DNA from: Naegleria gruberi
Taxonomy: Eukaryota
DNA: 64,000 bases
Strand: one strand, 5' to 3'
Assembly (NCBI GenBank): GCA_000004985.1
Contig: GG738870.1
Position numbers and translations under genes: made by a program
In this document: positions 10,891-23,546 of the stretch, in pieces
How positions within the stretch are numbered: position 1 is the first letter of the stretch
How the letters are laid out: each line of letters starts with the position of its first letter
The notes under the pieces: model-generated
The model's database searches: none
Seen by the model: only the letters and a program-made list of their open reading frames with translations
Told to the model about the DNA's origin: nothing

Positions 10891-13800
10891 ATGTCTAACC
10901 TCCAAGAATTTGAACAAGTTATTGCCAATATCCTCTCTCCGGACAATAACATTAGAAACCAAGCAGAAGCATATTATAATAGCACCAAGTCTAACCCAGA
11001 TTTGTGTGTTGGTTCATTGGTTCAATTACTTCGCTCATCACAACATATCCACGTAGGTTTTAATTTTTATTCTTATTTTCATTGAATATAATTTTAAAAT
11101 CATAGGTAAGAGGTCTTGCTTGTGTTCTCTTGAGAAAAGTCATTACTAAAACCGAAGAATCTCTCTTCCCTCTCTTATCACCACAAGTACAACAATTGGT
11201 TAAATCCGAATTACTCCAAGCATTGAGACAAGAAACTGTTTCCCATGTTAGAACTAAATTAATTTATACAATTTCTGGGTTCGTTTCAGGATTAATAGAA
11301 GATAATCAATACCCAGAATTCCTTCCAACAATTTTCACTTGGGCCACTGACCAAAACCCAACACTCAGAAGTAGTGCTATGGGTATCTTCACTCAATTAT
11401 CAACTTATTTATTGGATAAGGGTTTGGAACCATATCTTCAACAAATCTTCGAGTTGGTTAGAAATTGTTTGCAAGACTCTGATAACCGTGTTACTCTTGA
11501 TGCTTTTGAAGCTTTATGTTCAGTTGTCACTGTTATTGACAAATCTAAGACACCAGCCTTTTCCGCTTGTATTCCTCATCTTTTGAGTATTCTTGCTGCT
11601 CAATTGAATAATAATGATTTTGAAACAGCTGCAAATTGTGTTGAACAATTAATTGAAGTTGCTGTCTCTCAATCATCCTTCTTCAAATCATATGCTTCCG
11701 CCGTTGTCACTGCCATGTATCAAATTGGTAGCACTCCTCAAATTGAAGATAGTGTTAGACATTTGGCTATTGAATTTATGATTTCATACTCCGAAGCTTC
11801 ACCAAGTGTTGTCAGAAGAATTCCAAACTTTGTTGAAAATCTTTTACCATTATGTATGAATCTTATGTTGGATATTGAACACGAAGAAAATGAATGGTCA
11901 AATACCTATGAAGATGATGATAATGAACTCACCAATTATGATGTTGGTTTGGAATCATTGGATAGATTGGCTTTGTCAGGTGTTAATCCTGAACAAGTTG
12001 CTACTGTTGCTTTCAAATATATTCCAGAATTCATTAATAATGCTAACGATTGGAGATACAGACACACTGGTTTGATGGCTATTTCTCAAACTGCTGAAGG
12101 TTGTAACGAACAATATGCTAAATATTTGAAGGAAATTGTTCATATGAATGTCAAACTTTTCAGTGACCCACATCCACGTGTTAGATATGCTGCTATTCAC
12201 TGTGCTGCTCAATTATCTACCGATTTTGCTGGACAAATTCAATCCGAATATCATAGCTTGATTGTTCCTGCTTTGCTCCAAGGTATGAGTGATCAAATTC
12301 CAAAGGTTCAATCCCATGCTGCTACTGCCATTGTTAACTTTGTTGATGATTGTGAAAGCAAGTATGTCCACATTTATCTCGATAGCATTCTTTCCAAGTT
12401 GCTTGACTTGTTGAAGACTGGTAGAAGATTTGTTCAAGAACAATCTCTCTCTGCTATTTCAGCTGTTGCCGATTGTGCTGAAAATCTTTTCATCAATTAT
12501 TATGATTTCATCATGCCTTTCCTCAAGGAAATTTTGTGGAACGCTACTGGTAAAACTGAACGTGTTTTGAGAGCTCGTGCTATTGAATGTGTTAGTTTGA
12601 TTGGTGTTGCTGTCGGTAAAGAAAAGTTCGGAAATGATGCTCGTCAAATTATGGAAGTTTTGATTAATACCCAACAACAAACTCTCGATTCCGATGATCC
12701 AATTGTTCAACATCTCCATCAAGCTTATACAAGAATTGCTAAGTGTCTTGGTGAAGATTTTGTTCCATATCTTGGTTTCACTGTTCCTCCACTTTTGAAG
12801 TCTGCTGCTATTGAGCCTGATGTTACTATTTCTGATGTTGATGGTTCAAATGAAGGCGTTGATGAAGAAGGTGTTGAATCTGTTACTCTCTCAATTAAGG
12901 GTGTTGGTGATAAGGTTATTAGTATTAGAACTTCAACATTGGAAGAAAAGCATTTGGCTTGCTCTTGCCTCTACTCTTATGTTGTTGTCATGAAAGATGC
13001 CATGTTGCCATATATCAAGGAAATTACTGATATTATGGTTCCTCTTCTCAAGTTCCCATACTTAGAAGATATCAGAGATGTCAGTGCTACTATTATGCCA
13101 AAGTTGATCAAGGCTGTTAAGCTTGCTGTTCAAAAAGGAAAGACTCAACCACAAACTCTTAAGGGTCTTTTGGACTTTATTATTTTGCATATCGTTCCTG
13201 CTCTTAAAGTTGAACCTGAAGTCAAGACTGCTGTTACTCTTACTGAATCATTGAACGATTGTATTGTTGAAGTTGGTGAAAACTGTATGACTAAGGAACA
13301 AGTTGAAGAATGTTGTGAAATTCTCAAGAATATCTTGCTTCACGGTTTGGCTAGAAAGCAAAGCATTCTCACTGAACAAGAACAAGAAGAAGATGACGAA
13401 GAACAACTCAGACTTGATGACGAATGTGAATTGGAAGATCAATTATTAACTGGTGTTTCTGAATTTGTTGGAACAATGATGAAGACACAAAAACAAACCA
13501 TTTGGGAACCATTCATGAATCATCTCTGGGATACATATAGAGTTATGGTTCAAGATCAAAACTCACCTGAGGAACAAAGAATTTCATTGTGTGTTTTCTG
13601 TGACTTCATTGAACAAGGTGAACAAGTTGCTCTCCAACATTTGGACTATATTTTGAATCTTTTCGTCAATTTTGCTCCTTCAGACAATCCAGAAGTTAGA
13701 CAAGCTGCTGTATATGGTTTGGGTGCTTGCTCTAAACATGGAGGTCCATTATTCAATCAACACGCAGAAAATATTGCTGGTCTTTTGAAGTCAGTTATAG

Positions 13801-14210
13801 AAAGAGAAGATGCTCGTTTCCTTGAATGTGCTGCTGCTACCTGTAATGCTTTGAGTGCTTTATTCAAATGTGTGACATCAAGACAAGTTTCTCAAGCAGA
13901 TAATTTCATACAATTTTGGTTCAAGAGTTTACCAGCTGCTGGTGATATGATCGAAGCTAGAATTGTTCACGACAACCTTATTAACCTTGCTAAACAAGGT
14001 AATCAACTTATCTTCAGTGATTTGACACATCTCTTCCGTGTATTTGCTCGTATTCTTGATACTGAAGCCATAAGTATGGAATCACAAATTACAAGTATTC
14101 AAATGATTAAGCAAATGCAACAACAACAACCACAAGCTGTCCAACAAGCTCTTTCTCAATTATCTCAAGAAGAAGCTAACAGACTTATCTCAATTGTGTC
14201 TAAAAATTAA
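10891..14210 (+). CDS. Importin-beta family nuclear transport receptor (karyopherin beta-3/importin-5/Kap121-like); 2 exons
   Basis: Exon 1 is 10891..11052 and ends ...SQHIH at a GTAGGT donor. A 53-nt intron with a TAG acceptor gives exon 2 (11106..14210, stop TAA). The N-terminal importin-beta motif and HEAT repeats are colinear with IPO5 (for example VRGLACVLLRKVI... against IPO5 ARQMAAVLLRRLL). The antisense ORFs 11976..12722(-) are spurious. Confidence 0.85.
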
Positions 14211-14247
14211 ATACGTCAAAAAATAAATTATTAATAATTATTAAAAA

Positions 14248-15319
14248 AATGATTGAACTTGAATCGGATAGCCTTGAAAAGTTTGTCTCGGAAACCAAAT
14301 GTTTTTGTTTAGATTGTGATGGAGTTATAGTACGAGGTTTGTTTTGTTGTTTGCATTGTTAAAGACCTTCCTCCATCATTGTACTGTGAAATTTAAAATT
14401 AAAGGAACAGAATTAATTCACAATGTAAAAGAAACATTGGAAGATTTAAGAAAATTGAACAAAAAGATCTTTTTCATTACCAACAATTCATCAAATTCAA
14501 GAAAAGGATATTTAAAGAAATTCCAATCTTTAGGACTTGAAATTGATGTTGTAGGTTTTTAAATTTAAATACCTGAATTTTAAATTAGAAATTAACAAGT
14601 CTGAAATATTGTCATCCTCATATGCAGCTGCTGTTTATGTGAAAGAACACGGAATTAAAACAGCCTACGTAATTGGAGGTGATGGAATCAAAGAAGAATT
14701 ACAATTAATTGGAGTTGAAGCTGCTGCATTTGATGAACATTTAGGTAAACCATTAAAAGAAGAAGAATTTATGGGAGAATGGGAAGAGTTTACAAAAAGA
14801 TATCCAGTTGACAAAATTGGAGCAGTCATTGTTGGATATGATAATAGATTCAATAACTTTAAATTAGCAATGGCACATCAAATTTTGAGAGAAAATCCAA
14901 ATTGTTTATTCATTGCAACAAATACTGACGCAACTCTTCCTTACAAACAAGGTTTGTTCTTACCAGGAGGTGGTTGTTTTGTTTCAGCACTTTCTACATG
15001 TATTGGAAGAAAGCCAGATATTGTTGCTGGTAAACCTTCAACCTTACTACTTGATACTGCACTCAGTATTCTCTATCATGATTCAGAAAATCAAGTTACA
15101 AGTGAAAATAAGCATGAAACTGTTTGTATGGTTGGTGATAGATTAGAAACTGATATTACACTTGGAAATAGAGTTGGTGTGAAGAGTGTTTGTGTTTTAA
15201 CAGGTGTTGCTCACAGAGATCAATTGGATCAAGTCATTGAAAAACAAGAAACTCTTCAAATTCCTCAATTTTTGCTTTCTAGTTTTGGTGTTATTCATTC
15301 TGTTTTGAATAAAGAATAG
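14248..15319 (+). CDS. HAD-superfamily IIA phosphatase (phosphoglycolate/4-nitrophenylphosphatase, PGP/Pho13-like); 3 exons
   Basis: The exons are 14248..14336 (MIELESD...DCDGVIVR, ending at phase 1), 14405..14550 and 14600..15319. The introns are 68 nt (GT...AAG) and 49 nt (GTAGGT...AAG). The spliced protein carries the HAD motifs DCDGV(I)VRG, FITNNS and GDRLETD. Only 37 bp separate it from the upstream importin stop codon. Confidence 0.85.
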
Positions 15320-15488
15320 ATACCACCACATTTGATCACAAACATATTTCACCATTACGAACAACATATACAAACATGAGCTCAATCATGGTCGTTTCAT
15401 AAGTTGGGAAATAAATTTCGATAAGTCAAAAAGCTTGCTTCTTCAAGCACCAATAAGGAACTAACAAGCATTATCAACTTTGTAAAAA

Positions 15489-17149
15489 ATGAGAAAAAAC
15501 ATCCTTCAAATTGGACGCACCCTTGGTAACAAGAAGGTTGCTGCTCCTTTACTTCTTGCCACACAAACTCATCAACAAGAAAGTAACTTCTCAACAATCA
15601 ACAATACACAATTACATGGTGGATTGAAAGATAAGGACCGTATTTTTACAAACTTGTATGAAAACTTTGATAGACATATTGATGGTGCCATGAAGAGGGT
15701 ATGTATTATTGTACTGTTGAATAACATTAAATTGCGTTGTCTATCTATTTGAACAATAATAATAACAATACTCTCAACCATATATTCATTTAATAACAAT
15801 TTGTATTACAATGATGATATCTTTAAAACAAAATAATAATATTAATAATAACAATAACAACAACATCATGATGATAAATTATTAAAATTATATAATAATG
15901 ATAACAATAACAATAGGGTGATTGGTTTAAGACTAAAGATTTAATCAACAAAGGACCTGACTGGATTATTGACCAAATTAAAAAATCAGGACTTAGAGGT
16001 CGTGGTGGTGCTGGTTTCAACTCTGGTTTGAAGTATTCTTTCATGCCAAAGTCTAATCCTGATGGACGTCCATCATACCTTGTTATTAACTCTGACGAAT
16101 CCGAACCAGGTACTTGTAAGGATAGAGAAATTGTTAGAAATGATCCACATAAATTAGTTGAAGGTGCTCTTTTGGTCGGTTTTGGTATGAGAGCTAGAGC
16201 TGCTTATATTTACATTCGTGGTGAATTCTACAATGAATCAAGAAGATTGCAAGAAGCCATTGATGAAGCCTATCAAAAGGGTTTCCTTGGTAAGAATGCA
16301 TGCGGAACTGGATATGAATTTGATGTATATGTCCATCGTGGTGCTGGTGCTTATATTTGCGGTGAAGAAACTGCTTTAATTGAATCAATTGAAGGTAAGC
16401 AAGGTAAACCAAGATTGAAGCCTCCTTTCCCTGCTGGTGTTGGTTTGTTCTCTTGTCCAACTACTGTCACCAATGTTGAAACTGTTGCTGTCGTTCCAAC
16501 AATTTTGAGAAGATCTCCTGAATGGTTTGCCGGTTTTGGTAGAAAGAATAATGCTGGTACCAAACTTTATGCTATTTCTGGTCACGTTAACACTCCTTGT
16601 GTTGTTGAAGAAGAAATGAGTATTCCATTGAAGGAACTTATTGAAAGACATGCTGGAGGTGTTCGTGGTGGATGGGACAATTTATTGGCTATCATTCCAG
16701 GTGGTAGTTCAGTTCCACTCATTCCAAAGGAAATTTGTGAAACTGTTCTCATGGACTTTGATGCTCTCAGAGAAGTTCAATCTGGTTTGGGTACTGCTGC
16801 CGTCATGGTTATGGATAAGTCAACTGATATTGTTGATGCTATTGCTCGTCTTTCTAAATTCTATGCCCATGAAAGTTGTGGTCAATGTACTCCATGTAGA
16901 GAAGGTACTGGTTGGTTGTTGAACATGATGGACAGAATGGTTAAGGGTAATGCCGAAATTGAAGAAATTGATACATTGGAAGAAGTTTCTCGTCAAATTG
17001 AAGGTCACACAATTTGTGCTTTGGGTGATGCTGCTGCTTGGCCAGTGCAAGGTTTGATTCGTCACTTCAGAGGTGAAATGGAAGATAGAATTAAGAAGTA
17101 CAAGAATGCTGAAAAGGCTAAGAGAGCTAGAAATCATATTGTTCATTAA
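15489..17149 (+). CDS. NDUFV1: NADH dehydrogenase [ubiquinone] flavoprotein 1 (complex I 51-kDa subunit); 2 exons
   Basis: Exon 1 is 15489..15697, a presequence followed by [12 protein letters not shown]. After a 219-nt AT-rich intron carrying an AAT/AAC microsatellite, exon 2 is 15917..17149. It is about 65% identical by eye to human NDUFV1 through the FMN/NADH site ([27 protein letters not shown]) and the 4Fe-4S cysteines ([10 protein letters not shown]). Confidence 0.92.
15740..15916 (+). repeat. Imperfect AAT/AAC/ATG microsatellite inside the NDUFV1 intron
   Basis: The sequence reads (AAT)n(AAC)n...ATCATGATGATAAATTATTAAAATTATATAATAATGATAACAATAACAATAG and is confined to the 219-nt intron. 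Confidence 0.7.
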
Positions 17150-17409
17150 ATCTTTGGAGGGCTTTCAAAAACAAAAGGGTGCTTGCCAATTAAATAAAAT
17201 ATAAAAAAACAAATTATTAATTTAACATTTATTCAAATAAGGAAGTAAATGTGTAAGGCAGTTTTGAACGTTTTAAATAAGACCCATTCAACTCATTGTT
17301 AAATTGTCACACTGTTTGATAAAGGTAAGTAACAAGTTCACTTCTTAAAAGCAAATTTAATAAAGTGAGGAACGGAAGTTATTTTAAGAACACAATTCGA
17401 TCAAAAAAA

Positions 17410-18495
17410 ATGTCATCAATTATTATTGCAGGTCTCGGAATGAGATCAGTCATCAAAGTTGAAGGTCCAAACGTTTCTCTTCAAACTCTTTTAAAGGATT
17501 TTTGCGAAAAGAATAAAATCAATCCCGAACAATATGGTTTATTACATAAAAAGAAGGATCTTGATCTATCACTGCGTATGTATTTGTTTTTAACTCATCA
17601 TTAAATAATTTAATTTAAATAATGATAGCATTCCGTTTGAGTGGAGTTTCCAACAATGCAACAATAGAAGTAATCAAGAAAGCAACATCATCAACTGTAA
17701 AATCAGCAGCAACTTTGGGACTTCAATTACCAGATGGTCAAAGACTGAAATCAATGTATCCTATTGATATTTCATTGTGGATTGCTTTAAAGAGATTTGA
17801 AAAGAAGGAAAATGTTAATCTCACTCTTGTTGAAGATAAATCAGGCAAATATAGCATTCCTTCACTGATCTATATGAATCAAGAATTTAAAACTTTGGAA
17901 GATTTAAAGAAGACTAAATTATCTGATATTGGTTTGAGAGATAATTCAACAGCCTTGTTACGTTTAAATTTTGTTTCAACAGATAAAACAATTGAAGAAC
18001 TTAGGGATGAAATTGAGGAAACCGATGATTTTGTACCAAAGAAGAAAGTTAAAATTGAGATACACAAGTCACACAACAACAAACAGAGGAACTCCAAGTG
18101 ATATTTTGATGGTGGATGATTTTTCGCCNNNNNNNNNNNNNNNNNNNNNNNNNNNNNNNNNNNNNNNNNNNNNNNNNNATCAAGAGACACCAATTTACAT
18201 GTACATTGCACCACCAATCAAAAGATTTGATGACCTATCTCAGACTTTGAAAGATGCAAATTTAATTCCAGCTTCAATTATCAATGTAGGATTAGATAGA
18301 AAGAATCCAAAGAGTGAATCATTTGAATCTCCAAAATTGAAAACAGATCTTTTGTCACAAGTCACAGATATTGAACTAGTTAGTGTTCCAAAGAATGAAA
18401 ATGTTCCAACTCCAACCCCAACCACAACTAAAAGTGCTAAGAGTGAAAAGAATGTAAAGAACCTTCTCTCCAAATTAACAGGAAAGAGACATTAA
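17410..18495 (+). CDS. ASPSCR1: TUG/ASPSCR1-type UBX-domain protein (tandem N-terminal UBL domains, C-terminal UBX), interrupted by an assembly gap
   Basis: Exon 1 is 17410..17575 (VIKVEGPNVSLQTLLKDFCEKNKINPEQYGL...DLSL), aligning to TUG UBL1. A 53-nt intron (GTATGT...TAG) leads to exon 2 from 17629 (PFRLSGVSNNATIEV, then LQLPDGQRLKS, the UBL2 region). After the N-run the frame becomes +1 and encodes the UBX C-terminus (ETPIYMYIAPPIKRFDDLSQTLKDANLIPASIINVG), ending with a stop at 18495. The join across 18100..18180 cannot be resolved. Confidence 0.7.
18129..18178. other. Assembly gap (50 N)
   Basis: This is a run of N inside the TUG-like gene. The missing part of the UBX domain and the frame change across the gap imply that the true gap is larger or hides an intron. 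Confidence 0.95.
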
Positions 18496-18546
18496 ATTCA
18501 TGAACTTGTTATCTTTGTAAACTCCAATACAAATTCTCTTGAAAAA

Positions 18547-19959
18547 ATGAAACGATTAGCCTCTTCGTACGATGGTGGTTCAGCTTCTCACCAAATCAAA
18601 AAGACAAAACTTGATGCTACTTTTACTATTGAAGCATTATGTAATGATTGTCTTGCAAATATTCTTTCCTACTTGGAATTTAAGGATCTTTTTTCTTGCT
18701 TACTTGTCTGTAAGGATTGGAGTGTTTTGCTAAGATCGGAACATGCAATACAACACTTTTTCATTTGTTTTAATTTGCAACAATTTTTCCTAGATAAATT
18801 TGAACAAAGAGATGAATGGTTTGTAAAATTGAGAACATGGATTACAGGCTTGTATCATTGTTTTGGATTGTCGTCCTATTGTGATGTTTTCAAAAATAGA
18901 GAGTTGATGAAAAGGCAACAATTTCAACCTTTTATCGACATTATTTCATTTGAGTATGCGAGTGATATTTGTATGAGCTTTGAGGTTACTGTTCATCTCG
19001 AACAAGAGGTATCATTGAGATTGAAATTTTGTCTCTCTTATACAGAAGATGAGTATGTTTATACAAATGTTGAATCGGGCAATTCAAAGTTTGATTGGAA
19101 AAAGTTTAATATTGATCCATCCAAGAAAAGTATAATTGTATTCAGATTTAATGGGAGTGAAGAGGAAGATACTGATTGTACTGTAGAGGAATATGAAAAG
19201 AATTCAGAGTTTTTTATGGCATTCTCAGAATATTTCCAATTTGAGGATTTATTTGAATTCTTAAAAAGGCATCTCAATTTTCAACCACGTAGAACTTATA
19301 ATACAATGTTTGATTTTGCTGAGGATGAAGAGGTAAATTGTTGTGATTATACCTCTAATGAAGATCTAGATATTCGACATGAAATTTTAGAAATGCCAAT
19401 ACTAAGAGTGGCAGAATCATATAGACTTGAATGTTTGGATGTAATGATTAATGTAATTGAGAGGACATATTCTTACATGGTATCTAAAATGGAAACAACA
19501 GAAATTAAGGAGAATGAGATTGTAATTTCAAATGTTGTTGGGATTTCACATGTTGTTAGATTTAATAGGAATTACTTACGTAATATTCATACTGATTTCA
19601 CACTAAAATTCAATGATAAGAGTTGGACATCTGATTTTCAAGTGAAAGAACATTTTTATTATGGACATGATGGATATGAAGGCAATCACCTATTTAAATT
19701 GACCGATTGTGAAACAGGTGAAGAAACATTCATTGGAGGATATACCTATGGTGTAAGAGAATTGGTAGTATGGGAATCTGACAGTATTGAACAATTGAAA
19801 TCTATTGGACTTCCATTCGATAATGTTTTGGAATTTATAAGTAGAGTTATTGATAAGTTGCTCCCTCAATTGCCTTGTTATGATCCATTTAATGGAAAAC
19901 CTACTTCTAATCAATCTCTATACTTGTATCTGAAAGGAACCTATGAAGAAAACTATTAA
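18547..19959 (+). CDS. F-box domain protein
   Basis: This is a single ORF with its ATG at 18547. It has an N-terminal F-box consensus (LCNDCLANILSYLEFKDLFSCLLVCKDWSVLL), and the rest has no recognisable domain. Confidence 0.55.
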   Translation: MKRLASSYDGGSASHQIKKTKLDATFTIEALCNDCLANILSYLEFKDLFSCLLVCKDWSVLLRSEHAIQHFFICFNLQQFFLDKFEQRDEWFVKLRTWITGLYHCFGLSSYCDVFKNRELMKRQQFQPFIDIISFEYASDICMSFEVTVHLEQEVSLRLKFCLSYTEDEYVYTNVESGNSKFDWKKFNIDPSKKSIIVFRFNGSEEEDTDCTVEEYEKNSEFFMAFSEYFQFEDLFEFLKRHLNFQPRRTYNTMFDFAEDEEVNCCDYTSNEDLDIRHEILEMPILRVAESYRLECLDVMINVIERTYSYMVSKMETTEIKENEIVISNVVGISHVVRFNRNYLRNIHTDFTLKFNDKSWTSDFQVKEHFYYGHDGYEGNHLFKLTDCETGEETFIGGYTYGVRELVVWESDSIEQLKSIGLPFDNVLEFISRVIDKLLPQLPCYDPFNGKPTSNQSLYLYLKGTYEENY

Positions 19960-20086
19960 ATTTACTTTCCACACAAAATTATGTCTTTATTAGGATTGAC
20001 TCCATTCCCCTCGGGTTTGAAATCGATTCAACTCCGTTTCTGTATGTCACGGGAATTAGCAATAACGATTTATTTAAAAACAAAAA

Positions 20087-20571
20087 ATGCCAATACAAAG
20101 ACCTTACACATTTGCTAGTGGTACAGTTTGTGCTCTGACAGCCGCCATCCACACTTTCCTTGGTAGGTAAATGGTTTGAAATGAAATTGAACAATTTGAT
20201 TATTAGGAGGACAAGATATAGTCACCCCTTTACTCAATTCTCACAATCAAGACAAATTAGAAACAGAACCTACTCTTGTATTGCATTCGTGTTGGCATCT
20301 AGTTACTGTTTCTCTGGTGGCTAACTCTGCTCTTTTAATTGCACATGGTTTAGGGCAAAAGAGTGTTTCTATTTTCGGGAGGGAGCTATTTGTTGTTTCT
20401 CCAGATGTTTGCAATTTTGTAAACAATTTAAATTTTCTAAATGGTTTAGTGTTCATAATTATTGGAGGAAGAGGATCAAAAAAGCAAAAAGACAACATTT
20501 GGAAGCGATTACTAGTTACACCTCAATGGATTCTATTCATGGCAATGTATTTCTTGGCTAAGGATATTTAA
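20087..20571 (+). CDS. Small hydrophobic protein (about 146 aa); 2 exons
   Basis: The ATG is at 20087 and exon 1 (20087..20162) ends at phase 1 on a GTAGGT donor. A 44-nt intron with a TAG acceptor gives exon 2 (20207..20571). There are three hydrophobic helices. The overlapping minus ORF 20247..20498 is antisense and spurious. Confidence 0.45.
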
Positions 20572-20613
20572 ACACAACAAATAAAGAGGGTATTTCATTA
20601 AGGGAATTAATAG

Positions 20614-21969
20614 TTATTTCTTATTGATTTGATTCAAAATTCTATTTGCATTTTCATGTCCTGCCTCAGCTGCCTTTGTTATCCATTCAAGAGCTTTTCT
20701 ATCGTTTCTTGGAGTACCCTTACCTTGAGCACACAAACATCCAACATTATATTGTGCATCGACATAGTCATTTTCAGCTGATTTCAGATACCATTCGTAT
20801 GCCTTATCAAGGTCTTCCCTTTCTGCATAAATTGCTCCCACATTATATTGAGCTACTGGATTTTCTGAGACTTGAGAATACCATTCGAGTGATTTGTCCA
20901 AGTTTCTTTCAACCCCCATTCCCTCCTGATAGATGAAGCCAATATTAAAGATGGATTGTGGTGATTGTCCACTGTGAGCAGCATTCAGGAATAACTCCAA
21001 ACTCTTCTTGTAATCTTTTTCTACGCCTAAACCAAATAAGTACATTTCTCCAAGAAATTCCTGAGCTAATGGATGACCCTGATTGCTTGCGTTATTCAAA
21101 TGTTCAAGAGATTTTTCAGTATTTGTTTCAATACCATTACCATAGTGATACATGAGACCGAGTTGGAACTGTGATTCTGCATCTCCATTCTTTGTAAACC
21201 AATCAAATGCTTGTTTTGGATCCTTTTCAACACCTTGCCCATGTAAAAGCATGAATGCAACAGTAGATTGTGATTCAGGTACACCATTTTGAGCTGCTTT
21301 AGAATGCCATTCATAAGACTTGACATAATCTTGTTCACATCCGGTACCATAATAGTACATGAATCCTAATTGTTGCTGAGCTTTGGCATGTCCTATTTCG
21401 CCAGCTTTTGTAAAATTCTCAATTGCATTTTCAAAATTTTGACTTGTTCCTCTTCCATTATAAAAAGCTAATCCAACATTAAACAAAGCATCCCTAACTC
21501 CCTTCTTTGAAGATTTTAAATACCAGTCAAATGCCTTCTCCAACTCTCCTTTGCTTTCATAAATATATCCAAGATAACATTCAGCTTCCAAATAATTTAA
21601 TTCATGTAATTTCTCAAAATATTCAAGTGATTTATCCAAATCTTGTGCGAATTCTTCTCCCAATCCAAGCAAGTACATATTTCCCAACATGAATAAAGCA
21701 TCCACATTATTATCACGAGCTGATAGTTCAAATAATTCTTTGGCTTTCGGAATTTGATTCTGACGTAATAACAATAAACCTTGTTGATAGGCTTGGATAT
21801 GATTTTGAATATTTTCATTATTCGCTTGTCCTGATTGATTATTATTCTTCTGATTGATGTGAAAGCTTCGGAGTGATGAAATTGTTTTTCCACAGGTAAA
21901 AGGTATCAAAAATCCATTCTTTCTATGATGATGGATTGAAAATATTGCCCTTGTGATCAATTTGTTCAT
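20614..21969 (-). CDS. Sel1-repeat (TPR-like) protein with a basic N-terminal presequence
   Basis: This is a single ORF with its ATG at 21969. It has at least ten tandem Sel1-type repeats (for example AQYNVGAIYAEREDLDKAYEWYLKSAENDYVDAQYNVGCLCAQGKG). Confidence 0.8.
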   Translation of the reverse strand: MNKLITRAIFSIHHHRKNGFLIPFTCGKTISSLRSFHINQKNNNQSGQANNENIQNHIQAYQQGLLLLRQNQIPKAKELFELSARDNNVDALFMLGNMYLLGLGEEFAQDLDKSLEYFEKLHELNYLEAECYLGYIYESKGELEKAFDWYLKSSKKGVRDALFNVGLAFYNGRGTSQNFENAIENFTKAGEIGHAKAQQQLGFMYYYGTGCEQDYVKSYEWHSKAAQNGVPESQSTVAFMLLHGQGVEKDPKQAFDWFTKNGDAESQFQLGLMYHYGNGIETNTEKSLEHLNNASNQGHPLAQEFLGEMYLFGLGVEKDYKKSLELFLNAAHSGQSPQSIFNIGFIYQEGMGVERNLDKSLEWYSQVSENPVAQYNVGAIYAEREDLDKAYEWYLKSAENDYVDAQYNVGCLCAQGKGTPRNDRKALEWITKAAEAGHENANRILNQINKK

Positions 21970-22049
21970 TTTTTTAGTTTGAATTTTTGAACTTTTTTAA
22001 AAATTATAAATTTATTTACAATGATGAATTGATTTTTGGTAAATTACAA

Positions 22050-23381
22050 TTAAAATATGAAAGAAATATCTGATAATGGTTTGCAGTTTGAACTTTTAAG
22101 AGATGATTTGAAATTGTCAGCTGTTGAGCCATCAAAAAGCTTGTCATCTCTGTAAAATATTGTGTGCATTCCTCCACAAGCAACTGAGTTAATGTGAAGA
22201 TCTTGATGCTTACTAAAGTCAATTCTCTCAAATGTTGATAGCTTATTTAGGGATGAAATCACATTACCAGAATTTCTGAAACCTCTTCCAGTTCCAAACA
22301 TTACATTTCTATTCTTTTTAGAAATAGCAATAGTGTAATTATCTCCCAAGAAAACATCCCCAATAAATGTATCATGAATGTAAACTTGTGTGAATTTGTA
22401 ATATGTATTAATGGTTGGTAATCCAAGTTGTAGCTCAGAATTCTTTCCTGTCATGAACAATTCACCATCGACTGTCAATACAGCACTGTGCTTTTCACCA
22501 CATACAACTTTTGCAATTCGTGAGGTAGAAGGTATGTCAATCTGCTTAAATTCATTGAGAATAACTACATCTTTACCTGCTCCAGCCATTCCATTTCTAT
22601 TGGATCCGATAGCAAAGAGACGATCTCCCTTCTCATCGCTAACAACTATCAATGAATGATCTTCACCAAATGCCCATTGAGTAATCTTCTCTGATGGTTG
22701 AATAAACTTCTCCATTCCCTTCATTCTTCTAAAAATGTTAATATTATTGTTGTGATGTTGAGCTCTTTCAACACCCAACTCATCAAAATTATTCTTTCCA
22801 GTGCAATAGACATTTCCACTCTCACAAATCAAAGCAGTATGATCAAAACCACAAACAACCTTCGCAATAACTTCATCATTTCCATCATCTTGTTTTAATA
22901 GCTTTAAAGGAACTGGATTAGGAATTGTAACCTCAATCCAATTTTTCAATCCAGATTGGCCATTACAATTATCACCCCATGCAGATAACTTATTATCCTT
23001 AGACAAAGCCATTGTAAAATTAGAACCACATTCAATTGCTTTAATCGAACCTAAACATTTAAAATCCCTAATAACTTTCAAATCAAATGATTGCATTGTA
23101 TTAATGGATTGAGCCAATTGTCCCGAATTATTAGACCCTGATGAGAGAATACAATATTGACTATCACTCTTACTATCCCTTCCCACTACAATGGTATGAA
23201 AGTATCCAGTACGAATACATTCAAGGGAGAAACCACTCGGGAGGGAAACTCTAGCCATCTGATCTAATTTTCTAATCATTGAATCACCAGTTGCTAACTG
23301 ACCAAATTCATTATTACCAAATGAAAGAAAACAAGATCTTTGAGCATCTTGATTGTAGTGGCAGTTATTGCTTGAGGACAT
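22050..23381 (-). CDS. RCC1-repeat (beta-propeller) protein
   Basis: The ORF is 22050..23405, with TTG at 23405 and the first ATG at 23381. It has seven RCC1-like blades with the recurring GxNxxGQLG and CGxxHT motifs. Confidence 0.75.
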   Translation of the reverse strand: MSSSNNCHYNQDAQRSCFLSFGNNEFGQLATGDSMIRKLDQMARVSLPSGFSLECIRTGYFHTIVVGRDSKSDSQYCILSSGSNNSGQLAQSINTMQSFDLKVIRDFKCLGSIKAIECGSNFTMALSKDNKLSAWGDNCNGQSGLKNWIEVTIPNPVPLKLLKQDDGNDEVIAKVVCGFDHTALICESGNVYCTGKNNFDELGVERAQHHNNNINIFRRMKGMEKFIQPSEKITQWAFGEDHSLIVVSDEKGDRLFAIGSNRNGMAGAGKDVVILNEFKQIDIPSTSRIAKVVCGEKHSAVLTVDGELFMTGKNSELQLGLPTINTYYKFTQVYIHDTFIGDVFLGDNYTIAISKKNRNVMFGTGRGFRNSGNVISSLNKLSTFERIDFSKHQDLHINSVACGGMHTIFYRDDKLFDGSTADNFKSSLKSSNCKPLSDISFIF

Positions 23382-23546
23382 TTTTTTGTGTTTTCTTAGT
23401 TTCAAATTTGAGAACAGTGAACTCTTTGAAAATGTTGCGTATTTTACGAATGAACAATGAAATGTTGATGATTTTAAGATGATTGATTGTTGTAGAAACT
23501 TTCTGTTGAGTATGTTAGATGTGATGAGGAAAGATTGAACAATTTA

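Noticed and set aside
20247-20498. The minus-strand ORF of 83 aa overlaps the small membrane-protein gene.
   Set aside because: It is antisense to the better-supported spliced plus-strand gene 20087..20571, which has a strong GTAGGT donor and consistent phase. It has no homology.
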